A stretch of DNA of 64,000 bases from Balanoglossus misakiensis (taxonomy: Eukaryota; Animalia; Hemichordata). Position numbers and translations under genes: made by a program. The stretch covers positions 8,848,317 through 8,912,316 of the forward strand of contig CM082595.2 in NCBI GenBank assembly GCA_040954595.2, given 5' to 3'. Shown here in pieces: positions 36,301-50,400 of the stretch. A model generated the notes under the pieces. That model made no database searches, was not told the origin of the DNA, and saw nothing but the letters and a program-made list of their open reading frames with translations. Within the stretch, counting starts at the first letter, position 1. Each line of letters begins with the position of its first letter.

Positions 36301-39300
36301 ATGTATGTAAAATGGGAAATTTTCATGAGAGATAAATTCGCCCGAATCATGCAAGTGCTAAAAAAACACGAAAACTAAAAAGTCGCGTAAACATGTTTTT
36401 CAGAAATAATGATGAATTGAAATTCGAGAATGCCATAATTAATCGTTGCATAACAGTTGCCACATTTGATATTATGAAAATTTCCCGTTGCGAAAATTTC
36501 ATGTTTTACAGTATATAGCCATATTTTTTCCACCTCCAAAACTAACATCAAGAGTCATGCATGCCACTGGCCCAATAAAGCCTGATAGCTCTTGCTGGGA
36601 ATTGTGATGTAACTAGCATCCCCCTTAAAGTCACTGACATTAACTGAACAATGGCGATTGTGTGTAAGGTTATAGTAAAGGCAAGGCTAATTTAAATTTA
36701 AAATGGTACCAATCCTTAATCACACATATGTATCCTTTGACCAATCATTGGAAAAACAAAGTCCGTGATTGACTTCAAAGGGATGCTAATTACATCACGA
36801 TTCCCTGCAAGGGATATTATGCTTTATTTGGCCAGTGGCATGCATAGTTTTTTGAAAGCAAAGCAGATAAAATACAGGTATATACTAGACTAATACCTTA
36901 TTAACTCCTGATCATTGGAGAATGTATCTCTAAAGTTACTCTCTATCGCTCCCTCAGGGAAGAGAGCAGTAGACAGCTCTTTGAGTGTCAGAAATTCCAG
37001 TTGTATACCAATCATTTGTATTACCCAATCACAGACTTTGTGTTATTGGTCATTTATCTATCCAATTGAAACTCGTGTGTTCATTGGAGCATTACACCAA
37101 AGAAGTCACACTATAACAGTGACAATACAACACTTGCAAAAACATGAATTGCTCAGGTCAGCCTATCTGGTTCCAGATTATCTGTGACCCAACTAATGCA
37201 GCTATAATGAATGTGTTTGGTTATATACAGAGATTTGTAGATTGTATAAGATGTGTTAATATCACACTCTAGCATGGGGCAATGTATATTTATCTTGTGA
37301 AAGCCACAAAGTCACTAGCTCTTGATGTTCATTTTCTATTTTTGTTGTTGAATAATTTATTATGAAATTAGATTGAAGCTGAACTCACGACATATGTGTG
37401 GACATAACACGTTTATACGTCCATGTCATAATTTTTGTTAAAGCCAAACAATTAAATATCACCATTATAACAAAATTAACAACAATGTAACCCCGGGGCT
37501 GTCACTTATTTGAATGGATACCGATCCAGAGTTAATGTTTCATTGGAAAGTCTAACAGTGTTTTGAAATGTCACATTGTAATTTGAAAGTTTGGGCTTGG
37601 GCAGTGACAATGACATTGTTTGTGTACACAATTTGAAATGGAGCTCTATGAAAAGAGAAAAGTGGTGTGTGGAAAAGAATGAAGTCTTTGGGCTTATATC
37701 AGGTGCCTTCATTTGACTCTCAAGGAGAGTTTTGTAAAACAATTAACTTGTTGTGTGTCAGCATTATTGGGAAAGATTAAGCACACACATGTATACAGGT
37801 TAGATTATAATGGAAAATCACCATCAGCCTTTTTTCTTAGCACTCTCACCTTTCACCCCCAGTTCCCTGTGTAGACATCCAACTTTTCCAACAGAAACAA
37901 TGGATTTGGACAGAACCATTAGTTCATTTGAATACCGGTATGTATGTAATATGTGTATTTATAACATACATCATGCTAACACTGTGTCATGATTCACCAG
38001 AATCCGTCACGTGATAAGAAAATAGAATCGACTATGAATCCCTCTAGGGAAATAGCAGAAAATATATAAACTGGTCACGTGACCAACAGGATATAAAAGA
38101 ATCCCATGCATATACTTTGTCAGTTCACCTCTGTAGCCAGACTGGCCATACGTATGAACTGATGATGTCCCTGTTATAGGCATATGTCTTGTGAAACATA
38201 TAAACCACTTTGGTGTGTTTTGTGTTTGGTGAACAGCGTGACAAGCATGTTAGAATCAAACTATTACATGCATGTTAAGAAATATAGTCTGTTATATGGA
38301 AGTGACCATAGTTGCCATATTATTAAAATCACATTTTTTATATCAATATTCACATGTCATTGCTTTCTACGTTTCTTGAATTTCCTATCATTTTATGTTA
38401 ACAAAAACAAGAGCCTTCTGTGACAACTTTCGAAAATATTTCATGTAATCAGCCATTCATTTTATGTGTGTGTGAATAATGACCCCATGAGGCTGTAGAA
38501 TCATGTATAGTGCTGAAGGGGATGCCATTCCTCCATAGCTTTCATATTGCATAAGATGCTAAGTTGGTATTTTCCACATATTGCTTTTTTGTACTGAGAG
38601 TTCTGTATGTTACGCAGTCCTTAAGAAGAGCTTTTGACAAACATTTCATTGTACTTTCAAGACTGCTACAGTATTTAGATATTATATGCAGTATAAGGAA
38701 GAAATATCTTTAATATTTTTATTCTAACAATTTTCCCAGCATGCTAAACAAGTAGACAGAAATGTCATGTTAGGATTTTTGCATACATAAAATAAATATT
38801 CTGACAAAATAAGTGCTTTTGTCTGTCTCTTTGATTTCAGGTGAGGATCAGTATTTGTTGTTGCTTTTTCCAGCGTAGATTCCAATCAGAAGACAATTGT
38901 GATGAACAGTATGTTCTGTTTGATTGGGACCTTATGAGATTGGTTGCATCTGTATGGATGTATGGGTGTATGTCCGTCCACATCAAAAACTTGAAAACCG
39001 CTGCGCGTACAACCTCGATATTTGTTGTGTAGATGCATACCGGGCTGTAGATGGGAGTTTGTTCAAACAAAGTTGTCATTGCCCAAAATATGTAAATTAT
39101 CAGGGAAAAACCTAAATTTGGTCAAAACTCAGAAAATCAACAACCACTGGTCATAATGATTCTGTATGTTTTGAGCTAATACTGTGAATTTTGCATTTTT
39201 TATACATATTTTGTCTTTTTCCACATATTTGGTAATAAAACCTACTTTCTGGAATTAATCAGCCCACCGCTTTGAAATTTAGTATGGAGCTTCATATAGG

Positions 39301-40759
39301 TGATCTGAGATACTAAAGTTTTGTTTAAATTGCTGCAAAATTTGCATAATTATAATTTTGGAGCAATTTTTACATTTTTGATCATTTTTTTCCTGTAAAA
39401 CCGCTCGTAAGATCGCTTTGGAAATTTGCATGCATGTTCAAATCAACTTGAAGAATTCAATAGTATATTTTTGTGGTGATTTTAACCATTTTTGTTCAAA
39501 ATTCATTCTCAGAACCCTCTACTCCATTGCTTTCAAATTTGATTTAAAGGTTCCTTCCTGAGTTGTCATGATAATTTACAAAACCAATGATGAAAGTGTC
39601 AATCTTTTGTGTGGGCAATATCTTGTATTTTGGGGGCATATTTTCCAATTTTGAAAAATTATATTTCCCAGAAAGTGTTAGGCTGATTACTTTAAAATTT
39701 AAGTTAATAGGATTGGCTTATTTAGAATTATAATGGAATCAAATTATAGGTAATTCAAAACTTTTATATTTTGTAGGATATTTTGTTTTATCATACATGC
39801 AACGCCCGTATTTGGCACTTTCTATTGTTCTCGTCCCGAAGATATTTTACGGTATTACACTGAGTGCAATATATCTTCACTCCGCGTCTCGAACTATTTT
39901 TGAGAACGCTCGGCACGACAGTTCGCTGCGCGTGCGAGCGACGTACGGGGCATAGGACGCTAGTGGAGAGCAGTGTTGTAAAATTCGGTTATTAGAAGCT
40001 ATAATAATGTTTTCAAAGTTGGCTGTTTTGCCATGTTGAATGTATCATTTTTACTTCTTCGAAATTCTCAATGCAAAATAATTGTTAACATGATAGTTTG
40101 AAAGAGAACGTAGACAATTTTATTTTGAATGCGGATGTGCCCATCGTAGTGAAAGCTGCCAACCCCCTTAAAATGATACTACGGCCCACACGTCATACGT
40201 CACAACATGGCTACTGCCGTGATCCCAGGGCGCCCGTTCAAATTTGAAATTGTTTTTCTCGGCGCATTTTCGCAAATCGTACTGTTTTATAGGTAGGCAT
40301 GTATGATAAAGGGGTTATTACACGAATTTTGGTCGATAACGCGACGCATTCTCGTGATGTCCGTATTTTGACGAGAAGCAACGAGTCAAAATACGGACCC
40401 CTAAATATACAACAAAACATTTTATCTCCGCGACCAGCTGTTCAATTTGGTGCATGGACAGTGTTGGACTCTTGATCTGTCTATGTTTAGAAAATTTGAT
40501 CAAATTCATGATGACTTGGATTGAATTGAATCAATTTTTATTCGCTCTAAGAACACTTTATTGACTACAAACATTTGTTTTGTTGTTTGTTGGATGGGTA
40601 AAATTTAAGACCTCTCGGCCAATGCGGAGCAAAGTTTAATTAGTTTGAAGTTGTGAAAATCGACGAAACAGAGCGAAAAAACGGCAATTTGCGCTGTCGG
40701 CACATTTCTTCTGCCTCGATTTATCGACACCAGGACCTCCCCCCCCCAAAAAAAAAAAA

Positions 40760-42100
40760 TATATATATCAATTATGGATCATCAAATAACTAGACTGCAT
40801 CGTCCATGAAATCAAACTCGACGACAAAAAAAACTTCGCCGATTCTGAGGTAAACGCATCCCGACAGGATAAGAACTCCGCTATGTGACATCATCTGATT
40901 TCTCTGTAAACATTGGTTGGTCGTTACTTCGGGAACGGCACTTAATCTTCTCGGTTGGGCCTTTAATTTCCATGACCCCGTCGATTCGGCCAAGACGCAA
41001 ACCGATTCTTCACTTTGCAGTTCAGTAAAGTTGGCGAACGGGATAGTCTGTTAATGGTGAATGCAGGCCTGTACGCAGTGCTAGCGAACGGGACAAATTG
41101 ACATAATAAAAGCGAGTGTTGTCAGATTAGTGGGACTGTCATATCATGAACACAATACGGGAGGCGTGATAAGGGCATTATAAAGAGCGAGCGTGAAACT
41201 GACATGGAAACGATCGACAGTACGGTACAGCACAGTGGCTGTGGGTAGAGCGAGCATGTTGCTGTGCCGAACACATTTACCATGTTTGTTAAATACAAAA
41301 CACACCGACTTGACCTGCGGCCGCAGCTGCAGCTTCCTAACGCGCCCTAATCCAAGCAGTTTACGATCTCGTGGATCGTGGTTGGACTGACAAAATGACC
41401 CAGAAAGAGAACCACATTAGGAAGTATTATAGGTCTGTTTCCTCAAAGTCCAATAAGTGCAAAACTTAACGCACATCAAAATGTTGCCCAGACAACGGTA
41501 GTTAGCAGTTTGCTTGCTCGGTTTGAAATGCGCGGCTGTGGTAGAAAATTACCCCCTGTTCTTTGGGACGTGAGCCACCCCCTGAGACAATGGTGCACTC
41601 ACACTCGAGAACATAGGTTTGCTATTTGCATATACAAATGGAATATTCCTTCGCATGCGAGCATGTTCCAGTGCGTTCTAAAATAATAAAATATGCAGCT
41701 ATAGCATGTATGCATATTCATTAGTGTGTCGTAATGCTAACTTTGGTCTGTGATTGGGTAACAAGTCCCACTCTCCATAACAACAGGTGATCATTGACCC
41801 GTTTCCGGTGTGCGACGTCGGGTTTCAATCACTTTCCTTCTTACTGCCGCGGGATCAAGACGTCTTTTCGGTAGGCTCATAATCCAGTCATTGCTTTTAG
41901 TACCATAGCCTATATAGCTACGTTACCGTCGCTCGATTGTTTTGTCTGGTATCAGGTGATTTGCAGCTATCCGTTCAACACCCTGTAGTTGAACAGAAGT
42001 AGGTCTTATTCCAGAAAAAAATCCGAGCTACGGGCGTGCAGCTAGCCATGCCTCTCGGCCATTCTGTGTATGGCTTCGCTGCTGACCCTGAGGTCATAAT
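40760..42100. promoter_or_regulatory. CpG-enriched, promoter-like segment
   Basis: Visibly higher GC and CpG than the flanks. Octamer ATTTGCAT (~41624), inverted CCAAT box (~41753), TTCCGG ETS-like site (~41804) and GACGTC (~41814, ~41859). No downstream gene identified. Confidence 0.3.
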
Positions 42101-42379
42101 CGAGAAAGTCTAGTCATATTCATAGGGCTATACTCTGTGAGAATTTTATTGCTAGGCCTCTTGCCTAAGCGCACGTAGAGCCAGTGTTTGCATTTTTTTT
42201 TTAATTTTACGGTTTAAACGTGGTTGGTGTATTTTCGCTTTTCTGTTTGTTTTTTCGTAACATTTTACTGTTTACATGTTGTTGGCGTATTTTCGTTTTT
42301 CTGGTGTGATTTCCACCTCACTGTTGGCATACTTAAACAATTATCCTAATTTTTATTGGGCAAACCGATAAAACCAGAA

Positions 42380-42960
42380 CCACCACAAGTAAAGAAAATT
42401 GTAATCTGTTTGGTGATAACCCTTTTAGCTTTGAGAGATAACCGATTTGATGTTTTAGTAAAACCAAATTTTTGACCAGGGTGACAAGCATTTTTTTCTC
42501 CAAGAGTCGTGTTGCTTTGAAGCATACATTTGGATATATGGTCCCATTTGATGAAAACCTGGTTGATGAAAAATGTGCATATTTATAATTTTGTAGAATT
42601 TTTTTGTCTTTTTTGGTCAAAAATTGTTTTATCTAAAACTGCTTGTCAGATTGCTTTCAAATTTTGCAGGGTTGTTCCTTGGGAATAATTAAGTGAGATG
42701 TTTTAGAAAAATACTTGAAATTTGCATATTTGCGTTTTGTGTGTGATAGTTTTGGAATTTTTCATTAAAAATTATTTTCTTTCAAACTGATTGTCAGATT
42801 GCCTTGAGCTTTGGTAGGCATGTTTCCTGAAGCGATTGACGTAAGATATTGTACAATTTTGGTGAAAATACTGATTTTTCTGAAACTGCATATGGGATTG
42901 CTTTGAAATTTGATAGGATTATTGCAATGGGTAACCCAAGTTTTGTCTTATTGTGTTGAT
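42380..42960 (+). repeat. Degenerate HINE-like core repeats
   Basis: Recurrent AAACTG..TGTCAGATTGCTTT..AATTT motif at ~42637, ~42784 and ~42883. Confidence 0.45.
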
Positions 42961-44815
42961 TTCCCTATACTGAGACTCGCCAAGTACACTATATGTTTAT
43001 ATTACTAGAGAGTTCAGAATCCAATATGGCCGCCATACGAACTGGGACATACTGTGTAATCAGATTATTTTCTAAACTTGTCATATTTCAATTTCTCGAT
43101 CTCACAAATAAAAATGAAATGCCAAAAACTGAGTAACTTTCGTTTCTTCCCGCTTGGTGTCCATTAAAGTCTTTTTCCTGCCACTGGGAAAGTGGCTAGA
43201 GTCAATATGTGCATAATGGCAGCATTATATGGCACTGAATAAATGGCAGGGGTGTTTACATCTCCTAATGTGTTTTCACTTAAACCATTATAAATATCTA
43301 ACAGTATATGATCATATTGTGTATGCAACTCGGAGATGTGTTTCACTTCAGGGTTGGAAGTTTGTTTAGTCAAGTCTGGGAAGTGACATGTCTTCAAAGT
43401 GACTGATGTTATCTGCTTAGAGCTGAATGCCCATGGGTGTTCTTTCCTAGGAATACATTTTCTTTGCATTTCATAGACCTGTGTATAATTATAATTTCAG
43501 TTATATATTCTAATTTGCGTTTAGGTAGAGTATGCATGGAATTAAAATAATTATTCTGTAATTACCCAACAAAAATGTTTGTCTTACAATTGTCTAGCAA
43601 GTGGATATTTTGATTGTTAATTTGCACAGGCAACATTATGGAAGTAGCATAAAGAGTATTCAATAATATAGCAGACCTTCTAGCCAGAAAGAAGAGCTTA
43701 GAAGATTTATCAGCTCATAATATTCCTTTAACCAATGAACTTTATATGAACTTGCACACCTGCCTTCAAGATACAGGGATTAATGTTCAGGAAACCTTAC
43801 CAGCTCTAGTACATTTATTTCAGCCAGAAATTGAATTACCAGATAAAAAAATCAGTAATTTTACAAAGATACAGTCAGAAAATAAATGGAGAAAGCCAGC
43901 AAGGAAGGCATAAAAGTGGAATACATGAAAGACACAGTTAGCTTAAACTACATGTGTATGCAGTAAAAACTGTATGGTGCAAGGACGTTCATTTTTATGA
44001 TTTATAGCCAGCCAGTCTTTCCATGCATATCATACCAAAATTAATATGAAAATGTGTAAATGTTAATAGACTACAAGGAAAGTACAAATACATGTAGAAA
44101 TTACACTATCCAACTTTCTCCACTTTTGATATCTGCTCAACACAGGCAAGCAAAAGGGCCGATCTGAGAGTTTGACTTGAATGATGGCAATTTTTGCTGT
44201 CCAGAAGTAACTGTATAAAATATTTTTTGGTAGTAGTATTATTGCTCAAAATACACAAGAATTTAAATATCTCCGCTCGCTACAGTGATTGAACTGATTT
44301 TCAGCAAATTGCAGTGTATAAATAAACATTGCCATCTGATGAAATATCAATCCAATATGGCCGCCCATTTGCAATGGTAAAATGCTAGGTTTTTCCTTTT
44401 TTGAGCGCCTGGGAATTTAAATTATAATCCAGATATCAAACACTTAAGTCACTATCTGTATCTGCACATATATTGTAATATATTCTGAAAATTTCGTTAC
44501 AATTAGATCAACTATGATTGAGACACGGAACATCAAACATTGCAAAATTTCATATTTCCCATGGTGCCATGCAAAAAATAGAGAGATTTTCTTTACAAGT
44601 TTAGATGATCTCCTGTAAAACTGAAAGAAGTATTCTTCTGTGAATCGTGCATAATTTTTTGAAAAATGTTGAAGATACTTGAGAATATCAGTATTTTTTG
44701 ATGCTTTTGTACCTTGAAAACTGGTGAACCGATTTTGATAATTTTCTTTATTATAACCTACAAAGACCTATAAACATTTTTTATCAGTAAAATAAACAGC
44801 CTTATATAATTTTAC

Positions 44816-45505
44816 TGGTCCAGCTGTTACAGAGACCACTGGCTATTTTATTATAAACTGGTGGTAGGTCAGTGAATGCCTCTGTCTGATTGGACTAATT
44901 AGCTTGTCATACTCGCATGTATTTTTACAGACAGTTTTTGGACAACAATCAGCTGTGGTCCAGCTGTTACAGAGACCTCCGGCTATTTATTATAAACTGG
45001 TGGTAGGTCAGTAAATGCCTCTGTCTGATTGGACTAATTAGCTTGTCATACTCGCATGTATTTTACAGACAGTTTTTGGACAAAAATCAGTTGTGGTCCA
45101 GCTGTTACAGAGACCACCGGCTATTTTATTATAAACTGGTAGTAGGTCAGTGAATGCCTCTGTCTGATAGGACTAATTAGCTTGTCATACTCGCATGTAT
45201 TTTACAGACAATTTTTGGACAAAAATCAGTTGTGGTCCAGCTGTTACAGAGACCACCGACTATTTTATTATAAACTGGTGGTAGGTCAGTGAATGCCCTT
45301 GTCTGATAGGACTAATTAGCTTGTCATACTCGCATGAATTTTACAGACAGTTTTTGGACAAAAATCAGCTGTGGTCCAGCTGTTACAGAGACCACCGGTT
45401 ATTTTATTATAAACTGGTGGTAGGTCAGTGAATGCCTCTGTCTGATTGGACTAATTAGCTTGTCATACTCGCATGTATTTTACAGACAGTTTTTGGACAA
45501 AAATC
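44816..45505 (+). repeat. Minisatellite, 5 copies of ~139 bp
   Basis: GGTCCAGCTGTTACAGAGACC recurs at 44817, 44957, 45095, 45234 and 45373. Confidence 0.95.
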
Positions 45506-45719
45506 TGTTTTTTTAGTGCTGCTTGTAGGATTGCAGTGACACATAACACTTGATTGGGCATAGTGAATTTTTTTATGTTTCCATAGTATTTGAATATTGT
45601 TGCCATATATGCTTGCCAATGTCGCCCGTGATTTTAATTCTGGCGAATACCTAAAATCTGTGTAATCCCCAAATGGCACAACAGTATCCTATACGCTATG
45701 TTTTAAGAAGTTAATTATA

Positions 45720-47450
45720 CATAGATATGCATCTTGTTAAAATGCACAACAGTCACGATTTTGTTCACACGAGTTTGATTGCTGCCAGGACATAACCCAA
45801 ATATTTTGATAATTTTGGCAATGACCTTTGAACTACTATCCCGTGCCTTGGCATGTACAGCAGATACAGCCTTCAAATTTGGAGGACTGGAACACCTAAT
45901 GAAGTACATGTATTAACTTTAACACAATAATTATGTACATAAGCTCTTTAAAGTTACCCAATAGATCTTAGAAGTCTGGTTTTTGCTGGACACTGATCAG
46001 TTTGATATCAAAATTTGTTGGCCCAACTTTGCGTGAACTCTGGCTTACTTACCATTTCTCAGCACCCATAACAAATACAGCCTTTGCTTTCTGTTGGAAC
46101 CATGCTAACCACTTTGGCTCCTCCAATGCTGCTTATAGTTGGGTCTTCTTCATGGCGGCCATATTTGATTTTTGGATAACCTTTAAAAGTTGACATTTTT
46201 TTCAAAAATTACAAGGCCAATCAAGTTCTAATTTACTGTCCGTTCCAATTTTTTTCAATAATATTGTTAGTGGTCATGCGAATTTGGATTCATTATGGAT
46301 TTTTGAAAAATCTCATGAAAAATTTCCAAAGTCTTTTTTTAATCAAGCTTTCAAGTGAATTGTGATTGCTTTAACCTTCTTCGAGCCAAATTGTATTTTC
46401 TGAACACCGATGAAAAACAAAGATTTCCTATTTCTAGCCTACTCATTGATAGCACACAAATTAATTTTATTGATACGAGTCACCATATGACTAGAATACG
46501 TTACATTTTTGGCAACTTTCACATGTTCTTTGATCCAGTTGTTTTTCAGAATTTGATTAAACAATTTATTGGCCACTCTCACATGTCCTTTGATCCAGTA
46601 ATTCTAGAACTTAATTTTATGTGGATATGCCTCTTGTTAAAAAGCACAACAGTCATGATTTTGTTCACATGAGAACTATTGCTGCCAGGACATAACCCAA
46701 CTATTTTTATAATTCTGGCAATGATCTACTTTCCCATAACTTGCCATGCACAGCAGATACAGCTTTCAAATTTAGGGGACTGGAACATCTAATGAAGTAT
46801 TAATCTTTAACACAATACTTATGTACTTATCCTATTTAAAGTTAACCAATAGAGCTTAGAACTTTGGTTCTTGTTGAACACTGATCAGTTTGATATCAGA
46901 TTTTGTTGGCACAATTTTGCGTGACCTCTGGCTTACTTATTATTTCTAGCCATCCAAAAAAGATACAGAGCTTGCTTTCTGTTGGAACCATGCTAACTGC
47001 TTTGGCACCTGTAATGCTGCATGTTCCTTTAATTGTCTTCTTCATGGTGGCTATATTGAATTTTCTGATAACCTCTAAAAGTTGACATTTTTTTCAAAAC
47101 TACAGGGCCAATCAAGTTCTAATTTACTGTCCCTTCCAATTTTTTTCAATAATATTGTTAGTGGTCATGCGAATTTGGATTCATTATGGATTTTTGAAAA
47201 ATGTCATGAAAAATTTCCAAAGTCTTTTTTTAATCAAGCTTTCAAGTGTATTGTGATTGCTTTAACCTTATTCGAGCAAAATTGGATTTTCTGAACTCTG
47301 ATTAAAAACGAAGATTTCCTATTTCTAGCCTACTCATTGAAAGCACGCAAATTCATTTTATTGATATGAGTCACCATATGAATAGAATACTTTACATTTT
47401 TTGGCAAATTTCACATGTCCTTTGATTCAGATTTGTTAGAACTGAATTGT
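45720..47450 (+). repeat. Two tandem ~0.83-0.9-kb units, each containing one diverged satellite monomer
   Basis: TCTTGTTAAAA-GCACAACAGTCA..GCTGCCAGGACATAACC at ~45732, ~46632 and ~47464. Following sequence is shared (CAGCAGATACAGC..., GGCCAATCAAGTTCTAATTTACTGTCC...). Confidence 0.9.
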
Positions 47451-50400
47451 ACTTGGATATGTCTCTTGTTAAAAAGCACAACAGTCATGATTGTGTTCAC
47501 TTGAGTTTTGTCGCTGCCAGGACATAACCGAAATATCTTGATAATTTTGGCAATGACCCTTGATCTACTTGGATATGTCTCATGTTAAAAATCACAACAG
47601 TCTTGATTTTGTTCACATGAGTTTTATCGCTGCCAGGACATAACCAAAATATTTTGATAATTTTGGCAATGACCCTTGATCTACTTGGATATGTCTCTTG
47701 TTAAAATACACAACAGTCTTGATTTTGTTCACATGAGTTTTATCGCTGCCAGGACATAACCCAAATATTTTGATAATTTTGGCAATGACCCTTGATCTAC
47801 TTGGATATGTCTCTTGTTAAAAAGCACAACAGTCATGATTGTGTTCACACGAGTTTTATTGCTGCCAGGACATAACCCAAATATTTTGTTAAGTTTGGCA
47901 ATGACCCTTGATCTTCTTGGATATGTCTCTTGTTAAAAAGCACAACTGTCATGATTTTGATCACATGAGTTTTATTGCTGCCAGGACATAACCCAAATAT
48001 TTTGATAATTTTGGCAATGACCCTTGATCTACTTGGATATGTCTCTTGTTAAAAAGCACAACAGTCAGGATTTTGTTCACATGAGTTTTATCACTGCCAG
48101 GACATAACCCAAATATATTGATAATTTTGGCAATGACCCTTGATCTACTTGGATATGTCTCTTGTTAAAATACACAACAGTCTTGATTTTGTTCACATGA
48201 GTTTTATCGCTGCCAGGACATAACCGAAATATCTTGATAATTTTGGCAATGACCCTTGATCTACTTGGATATGTCTCATGTTAAAAAGCACAACAGTCTT
48301 GATTTTGTTCACATGAGTTTTATCGCTGCCAGGACATAACCAAAATATTTTGATAATTTTGGCAATGACCCTTGATCTACTTGGATATGTCTCTTGTTAA
48401 AATACACAACAGTCTTGATTTTGTTCACATGAGTTTTATCGCTGCCAGGACATAACCCAAATATTTTGATAATTTTGGCAATGACCCTTGATCTACTTGG
48501 ATATGTCTCTTGTTAAAAAGCACAACAGTCATGATTGTGTTCACACGAGTTTTATTGCTGCCAGGACATAACCCAAATATTTTGTTAAGTTTGGCAATGA
48601 CCCTTGATCTTCTTGGATATGTCTCTTGTTAAAAAGCACAACTGTCATGATTTTGATCACATGAGTTTTATTGCTGCCAGGACATAACCCAAATATTTTG
48701 ATAATTTTGGCAATGACCCTTGATCTACTTGGATATGTCTCTTGTTAAAAAGCACAACAGTCAGGATTTTGTTCACATGAGTTTTATCACTGCCAGGACA
48801 TAACCCAAATATATTGATAATTTTGGCAATGACCCTTGATCTACTTGGATATGTCTCTTGTTAAAATACACAACAGTCTTGATTTTGTTCACATGAGTTT
48901 TATCGCTGCCAGGACATAACCCAAATATTTTGATAATTTTGGCAATGACCCTTGATCTACTTGCATATGTCTCTTGTTAAAAAGCACAACAGTCATGATT
49001 GTGTTAACACGAGTTTTATTGCTGCCAGGACATAACCCAAATATTTTGATAATTTTGGCAATGACCCTTGATCTTCTTGGATATGTCTCTTGTTGAAAAG
49101 CACAACAGTCATGATTTTGTTCACATGAGTTTTATTGCTGCCAGGACATAACCCAAATATTTTGATAATTTTGGCAATGACCCTTGATCTACTTGGATAT
49201 GTCTCTTGTTAAAAAGCACAACAGTCAGGATTTTGTTCACATGAGTTTTATTTCTTCCAGGACATAACCAAAATATTTTGATAATTTTGGCAATGACTCT
49301 TGATCTACTTTGATATGTCTCTTGTTAAAAAGCACAACAGTCAGGATTTTGTTCACATGAGTACTATTGCTGGCAGGACATAACCAAACTATTTTGATAA
49401 TTTTGGCAATGACTCTTCATCTACTTGGATATGTCTCTTGTTAAAATGCACAACATACATGATTTTGTTCACATGAATTCTATTGCTGTCAGGACATAAC
49501 CCAAATATTTTGATAATTATGGCAATGACCCTTGAACTACTTGGATATGTCTCTTGATAAACAGCCAAACAGTCATGATTGTTTTCACACGAGTTTTATT
49601 GCTGCCAGGACATAACCCAAATATTTTGATAATTTTGGCAATGACCCTTGATCTACTTGGATATGTCTCTTGTTAAAAAGCACAACAGTCATGATTTTGT
49701 TTACGTGACTACTATTGCTGCCAGGACTTAAACCAAATATTTTGATAATTTTGGCAATGACCCTTGATCTACTTAGATATGTCTCTTGATAAAAAGCACA
49801 ACAGTCATGATTGTGTTCACACAAGTTTTATTGCTGCCAGGACATAACCCAAATATTTTTATAATTTTGGCCATGACCCTTGATCTACTTGGATATGTCT
49901 CTTGTTAAAAAGCACAACAGTCATGATTTTGTTTACGTGACTACTATTGCTGCCAGGACTTAACCCAAATATTTTGATAATTTTGGCAATGACCCTTGAT
50001 CTACTTGGATATGTCTCTTGATAAAAAGCACAACAGTCATGATTGTGTTCACATGAGTTTTATTGCTGCCAGGACATAACCCAAATATTTTGATAATTTT
50101 GGTAATGACCCTTGATCTTCTTGGATATGTCTCTTGTTAAAAAGCATAACAGTCATGATTGTGTTCACACGAGTTTTATTGCTGCCAGGACATAACCCAA
50201 ATATTTTGATAATTTTGGCAATGACCCTTGATCTATTTGGATATGGCTCTTGTTAAAAAGCACAACAGTCAGGATTTTGTTCACATGAGTTTTATCACTG
50301 CCAGGACATAACCCAAATATATTGATAATTTTGGCAATGACCCTTGATCTACTTGGATATGTCTCTTGTTAAAAAGCACAACAGTCAGGATTTTGTTCAC

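Larger units (their letters stand above)
22931..40727 (+). repeat. Four tandem copies of a ~4.45-kb unit
   Basis: Units begin CAACTGTGCATTGTCTTCTGG at 22931, 27381, 31805 and 36259 (lengths 4450, 4424, 4454, 4469). Near-identical apart from SNPs and small indels; the ORF track repeats with the same period. Confidence 0.97.

Noticed and set aside
23587-40509. Repeated short ORFs (MENVSLK..., MFYKTLL..., MSCETYK..., MKIDETE...) as a tandem gene family
   Set aside because: They recur only because the DNA is duplicated; no recognisable domains, and some span repeat fragments or the unit junction.
44816-45505. 139-bp repeats as a CRISPR or RNA gene cluster
   Set aside because: No unique spacers and no recognisable 5S, tRNA or snRNA sequence.
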